Shown in pieces: positions 61,257 through 64,000 of a stretch of 64,000 bases of DNA. Where the stretch lies: the IMG/VR virus record IMGVR_UViG_3300021142_002226, positions 1 through 64,000 of that record; one strand, given 5' to 3'. The stretch's first letter is position 1. Each line of letters opens with the position of its first letter. The position numbers and the translations under genes are program-made. The notes beneath the pieces were generated by a model that worked only from the letters and a program-made list of their open reading frames with translations, was not told where the DNA came from and did not search any database. The DNA is from a virus.

Positions 61257-62282
61257 TTAGATTTTTTTAGTTTTAAAATAATTTTGTTCTTTTTTGATTA
61301 TAGTTATGAACGTACTCCAAAAAACAAAATATTCATCGTCATAACTTGGAATATAATTTATAATTCCATCTTCTTTTATCATTTTCATTACTGAATTAAT
61401 CCCACCTCTACCTTCTGGATCCATTGGCTCATTAACCATAACACTTATTGTTTCCATTAACTCTTCAGTTACATTCGGCGATTCAAGATTAATAATCTTG
61501 TTCATTACAGCAAAGTAATCGTTACCATATGTACCCCATTTTGTTTTACCTTCAACAATTGTTTTCAACATATTATTGTCAGGTTTTTCACTTAACAATT
61601 CATTTGTACGTTCAATTATCCAATCAGAATCTTTTTTTTCTTTTCTCAATTCTGGAAATAATTTCAACGTTTTTTCTTCACCAATGTTTTGTAAACCAGA
61701 AATATTATCACTGCTATCACCAGCAATCATTTTTATTAATCCAACATTACCTTGATGATAATCAAAATAAGTATGAAAATTTTTATCTGTTATCACAACC
61801 TTTTTATTCAAAAGATATATTTTAACATCTTCAGATATTAATTGTAATAAATCTTTATCCGAACTCAATATTAATTTGATTTCGTTTGGTGAATTTTTAC
61901 AGTAATAAGCAATACCGTCATCAGCTTCACATTCAGCAACTTCAACTTGGCGAATATATAACTCCTCAAGGTATTGTTTAATTCGAATACGTTGTCTACC
62001 AAGATCATAAATTTGTTCTTCAGTATATTGTGAGTTTCGATTTTGTTTGTAATATGGATAATATCCTTGACGATATTTTTTTGAGTTTTCACCTTCCCAA
62101 AACACCACAACCTTTGTTATCCCATATTCGGAATAAAATCTTTTTATGGTGTTTATAAAATGAAAAATGGCACCAACACTACCATTTTCTGTTTGGGTAT
62201 TTTTGGTGCCATGAAATCCAATCTTTAGCAAATTCTCACCATCAATCAACAAACTGTTAACCTTAGGTTTCTTAATCTTCAT
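61257..62282 (-). CDS. 5'-3' exonuclease (T4 RNase H / FEN-like)
   Basis: LLIDGENL, YYPYYKQNR, CEADD, SSDKDLLQL, AGDSSDNISG; ATG at 62282 preferred. Confidence 0.92.
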   Translation of the reverse strand: MKIKKPKVNSLLIDGENLLKIGFHGTKNTQTENGSVGAIFHFINTIKRFYSEYGITKVVVFWEGENSKKYRQGYYPYYKQNRNSQYTEEQIYDLGRQRIRIKQYLEELYIRQVEVAECEADDGIAYYCKNSPNEIKLILSSDKDLLQLISEDVKIYLLNKKVVITDKNFHTYFDYHQGNVGLIKMIAGDSSDNISGLQNIGEEKTLKLFPELRKEKKDSDWIIERTNELLSEKPDNNMLKTIVEGKTKWGTYGNDYFAVMNKIINLESPNVTEELMETISVMVNEPMDPEGRGGINSVMKMIKEDGIINYIPSYDDEYFVFWSTFITIIKKEQNYFKTKKI

Positions 62283-63333
62283 AATCAATTGTTCCTCTAT
62301 CTTCTGTTTCAATAATTTCTAAATCATCAACATTATCAATTACCTCACCCATTTTTGCAAATTGAGATGCGATATAATTCATATGTTCTAATTTATATTT
62401 TGCGATTGCTTCTTTACCCTCATTATTTTCTTTACTACCACGTCTGTCACTTTTTAGGAAACCTTGTGGTGTAATTATAATGTTTGAATCTTTATATCCA
62501 AGACCAGTGATGTGATTTTTATCTACAGTGATTTTACTTCTAACAGCTATGTTAATAGTTCTACCGTTTTTAGTTGCATCAATCTTTGAAATACCAGATT
62601 CAGCTTCATTACCAAAGCGGAAAACAAGTGTAGATGATTGGTATAATGCTTCACCACCTTTTGGTTTCATCTTAGGTTGTGCACCATAAACCAATGGAAT
62701 TTGTACCCAAGGTAAATTACATACAACTAACCCAGCAAGATAAGGTGAATTTTCTTTTCTTGTTTTATTGATTCTTTGGTTTATACCCATATTGATTTTC
62801 TCAGCAAGAACACCAGCGGTATGTTGTTTACCACCTTTACCTTCATAAGTCATTTTACATGGTACTGAACCGACAGAATCCCAAAAGAAACAAACATCTC
62901 TTTTTAATTTACCTGATTCTTGTGCATCAAGAACTTTATTAATTTTTTCAGTAACTAATTCTATCCAATCAAGTTCATCGAAATAAAGAAAGTCACCAAT
63001 CCAATCTTGTTTTTCTTCATCCCAATCAACCTGGAAACCCATCAATTTAGCATGTTCCCATGACCATTTCTTTTCAGTTATAAGAAACACAGGCATGATA
63101 CCTTTCTTTTGCGCATCCACCGCTGAAGCAATAAGTGCACTTGTCTTACCAGCATTTGAATGCCCTATAAACATGTTAATGTGTCCCATTGCAGGGCCTG
63201 GGAGACCTGTTGCTTCTAAGAATGCTTCACCACATTCAAGAAATAAATCTGGTTTATATTTAGTTGTACTCACACCAAGTTCTTTCTTTAAATCATCAAG
63301 TGAGTATTCAGTTTTTTTAATGCCTTTAGCCAT
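62272..63333 (-). CDS. uvsX: RecA/UvsX-like recombinase
   Basis: Walker A GHSNAGKT, ITEKK, Walker B FFWDSVG, PKGGEAL. Confidence 0.85.
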   Translation of the reverse strand: MAKGIKKTEYSLDDLKKELGVSTTKYKPDLFLECGEAFLEATGLPGPAMGHINMFIGHSNAGKTSALIASAVDAQKKGIMPVFLITEKKWSWEHAKLMGFQVDWDEEKQDWIGDFLYFDELDWIELVTEKINKVLDAQESGKLKRDVCFFWDSVGSVPCKMTYEGKGGKQHTAGVLAEKINMGINQRINKTRKENSPYLAGLVVCNLPWVQIPLVYGAQPKMKPKGGEALYQSSTLVFRFGNEAESGISKIDATKNGRTINIAVRSKITVDKNHITGLGYKDSNIIITPQGFLKSDRRGSKENNEGKEAIAKYKLEHMNYIASQFAKMGEVIDNVDDLEIIETEDRGTIDYED

Positions 63334-63361
63334 AACAATTTTTTATAATTTGTATTAGTTT

Positions 63362-63390
63362 AAAAAACCCCCAAATTGCTTGGGGGTTTT
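63362..63390 (-). terminator. Intrinsic terminator after the SSB gene
   Basis: AAAACCCCCAA-GCAAU-UUGGGGGUUUU running into a U-run. Confidence 0.9.
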
Positions 63391-63407
63391 GGTATGTTAT
63401 TATTTAC

Positions 63408-64000
63408 TTAGAAAGGTAAATCGTCAATATTCATTACCTCGTCTTCAACATCAACGTTGTTATTCGCAGTAGGTGCGGATGTTGGGTAGTTAGTAGTTTG
63501 TGTTGGTGTTGGAAGGCTTTCATCATCTGATTGCGCAACAAACTTTTTAAGTTCTGAACTCCATACAGGTACTGAACCTTGTGCAACAATTCTCAAATAT
63601 TCAACAGATTTCTTAGAATAAACATCTTTCCATGTTTTAGAATCATTCAACCAAGTATTCATTTGGTTTTCATCTGTAGAAAGTGGTGATGTTTCTTCAA
63701 CCATGATTGAAGCGATTTTGGTAAATTCTTTTCCTTTACCTTTAGATGTGTCTTTTACAAGACTGATATAGATATCACGACCAGCAATAGGGTTCCATAT
63801 AGCGCCAGCGCCACGACCTTTTGCTTCTTGTCTTTTGATGATTGCTTGTAATTTGTCCATTACACCTGTACCGTTACTAACGTGTGCAAATCTCCAGAAT
63901 TTAACACCCTCAGCTTCTTTTCCTCTTAAGATACATCTAACGATGTAATAATCAGAAGCTCTATATTTTTTTGCATTTTCTTGGTCGATTTTGTCACCGC
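63408..64000 (-). CDS. gp32-like single-stranded DNA-binding protein, 5'-partial
   Basis: Frame is open to the window edge (YYIVRCILRGKEAEGVKFWRF...GAIWNPIAGRDIYI); acidic tail NIDDLPF. Confidence 0.82.
   Translation of the reverse strand, partial: GDKIDQENAKKYRASDYYIVRCILRGKEAEGVKFWRFAHVSNGTGVMDKLQAIIKRQEAKGRGAGAIWNPIAGRDIYISLVKDTSKGKGKEFTKIASIMVEETSPLSTDENQMNTWLNDSKTWKDVYSKKSVEYLRIVAQGSVPVWSSELKKFVAQSDDESLPTPTQTTNYPTSAPTANNNVDVEDEVMNIDDLPF

Noticed and set aside
6722-63358. Short opposite-strand or nested ORFs of 60-195 aa (e.g. 19608..20189, 56091..56510, 48296..48625, 45686..46000)
   Set aside because: They lie inside clearly homologous genes and have shadow-like composition without recognisable motifs.
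1-64000. Stop-codon reassignment as in some large phages
   Set aside because: All recognisable genes are intact under the standard code. TAA dominates, TGA ends several genes and TAG appears to end the gene at 18010.

Overview
AT-rich window of a T4-like jumbo myophage genome, not bacterial chromosome; almost all genes are on the minus strand. The host is probably Bacteroidota, judged from Bacteroidota-type ClpP and sigma factor and from TTTG-N20-TAnnTTTG promoters. In transcription order (right to left): (i) replication/recombination block (gp32-like SSB, UvsX/RecA, 5'-3' exonuclease, GIY-YIG homing endonuclease, DnaB/gp41); (ii) class II ribonucleotide reductase carrying two full inteins plus a split intein fractured by a free-standing Vsr-like endonuclease, followed by an HNH-type gene; (iii) a ~25 kb baseplate/tail operon (gp25-like, gp6/J-like, 2495-aa gpI/gp7-like protein); (iv) RuvC, primase, PD-(D/E)xK nuclease, SbcD/SbcC and a sigma-70 factor; (v) candidate lysis and internal-head genes, a methyltransferase and DnaJ; (vi) a Ro60-like DUF2828-vWA gene followed by a ~320-nt highly self-complementary non-coding tract (candidate Y-RNA-like ncRNA), then ClpP; (vii) a >2048-aa, nearly proline-free Gly-Thr-Ser repeat fibre gene that runs off the left edge and is missing from the ORF track. 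All family assignments are from motif recognition by eye; no searches were run.
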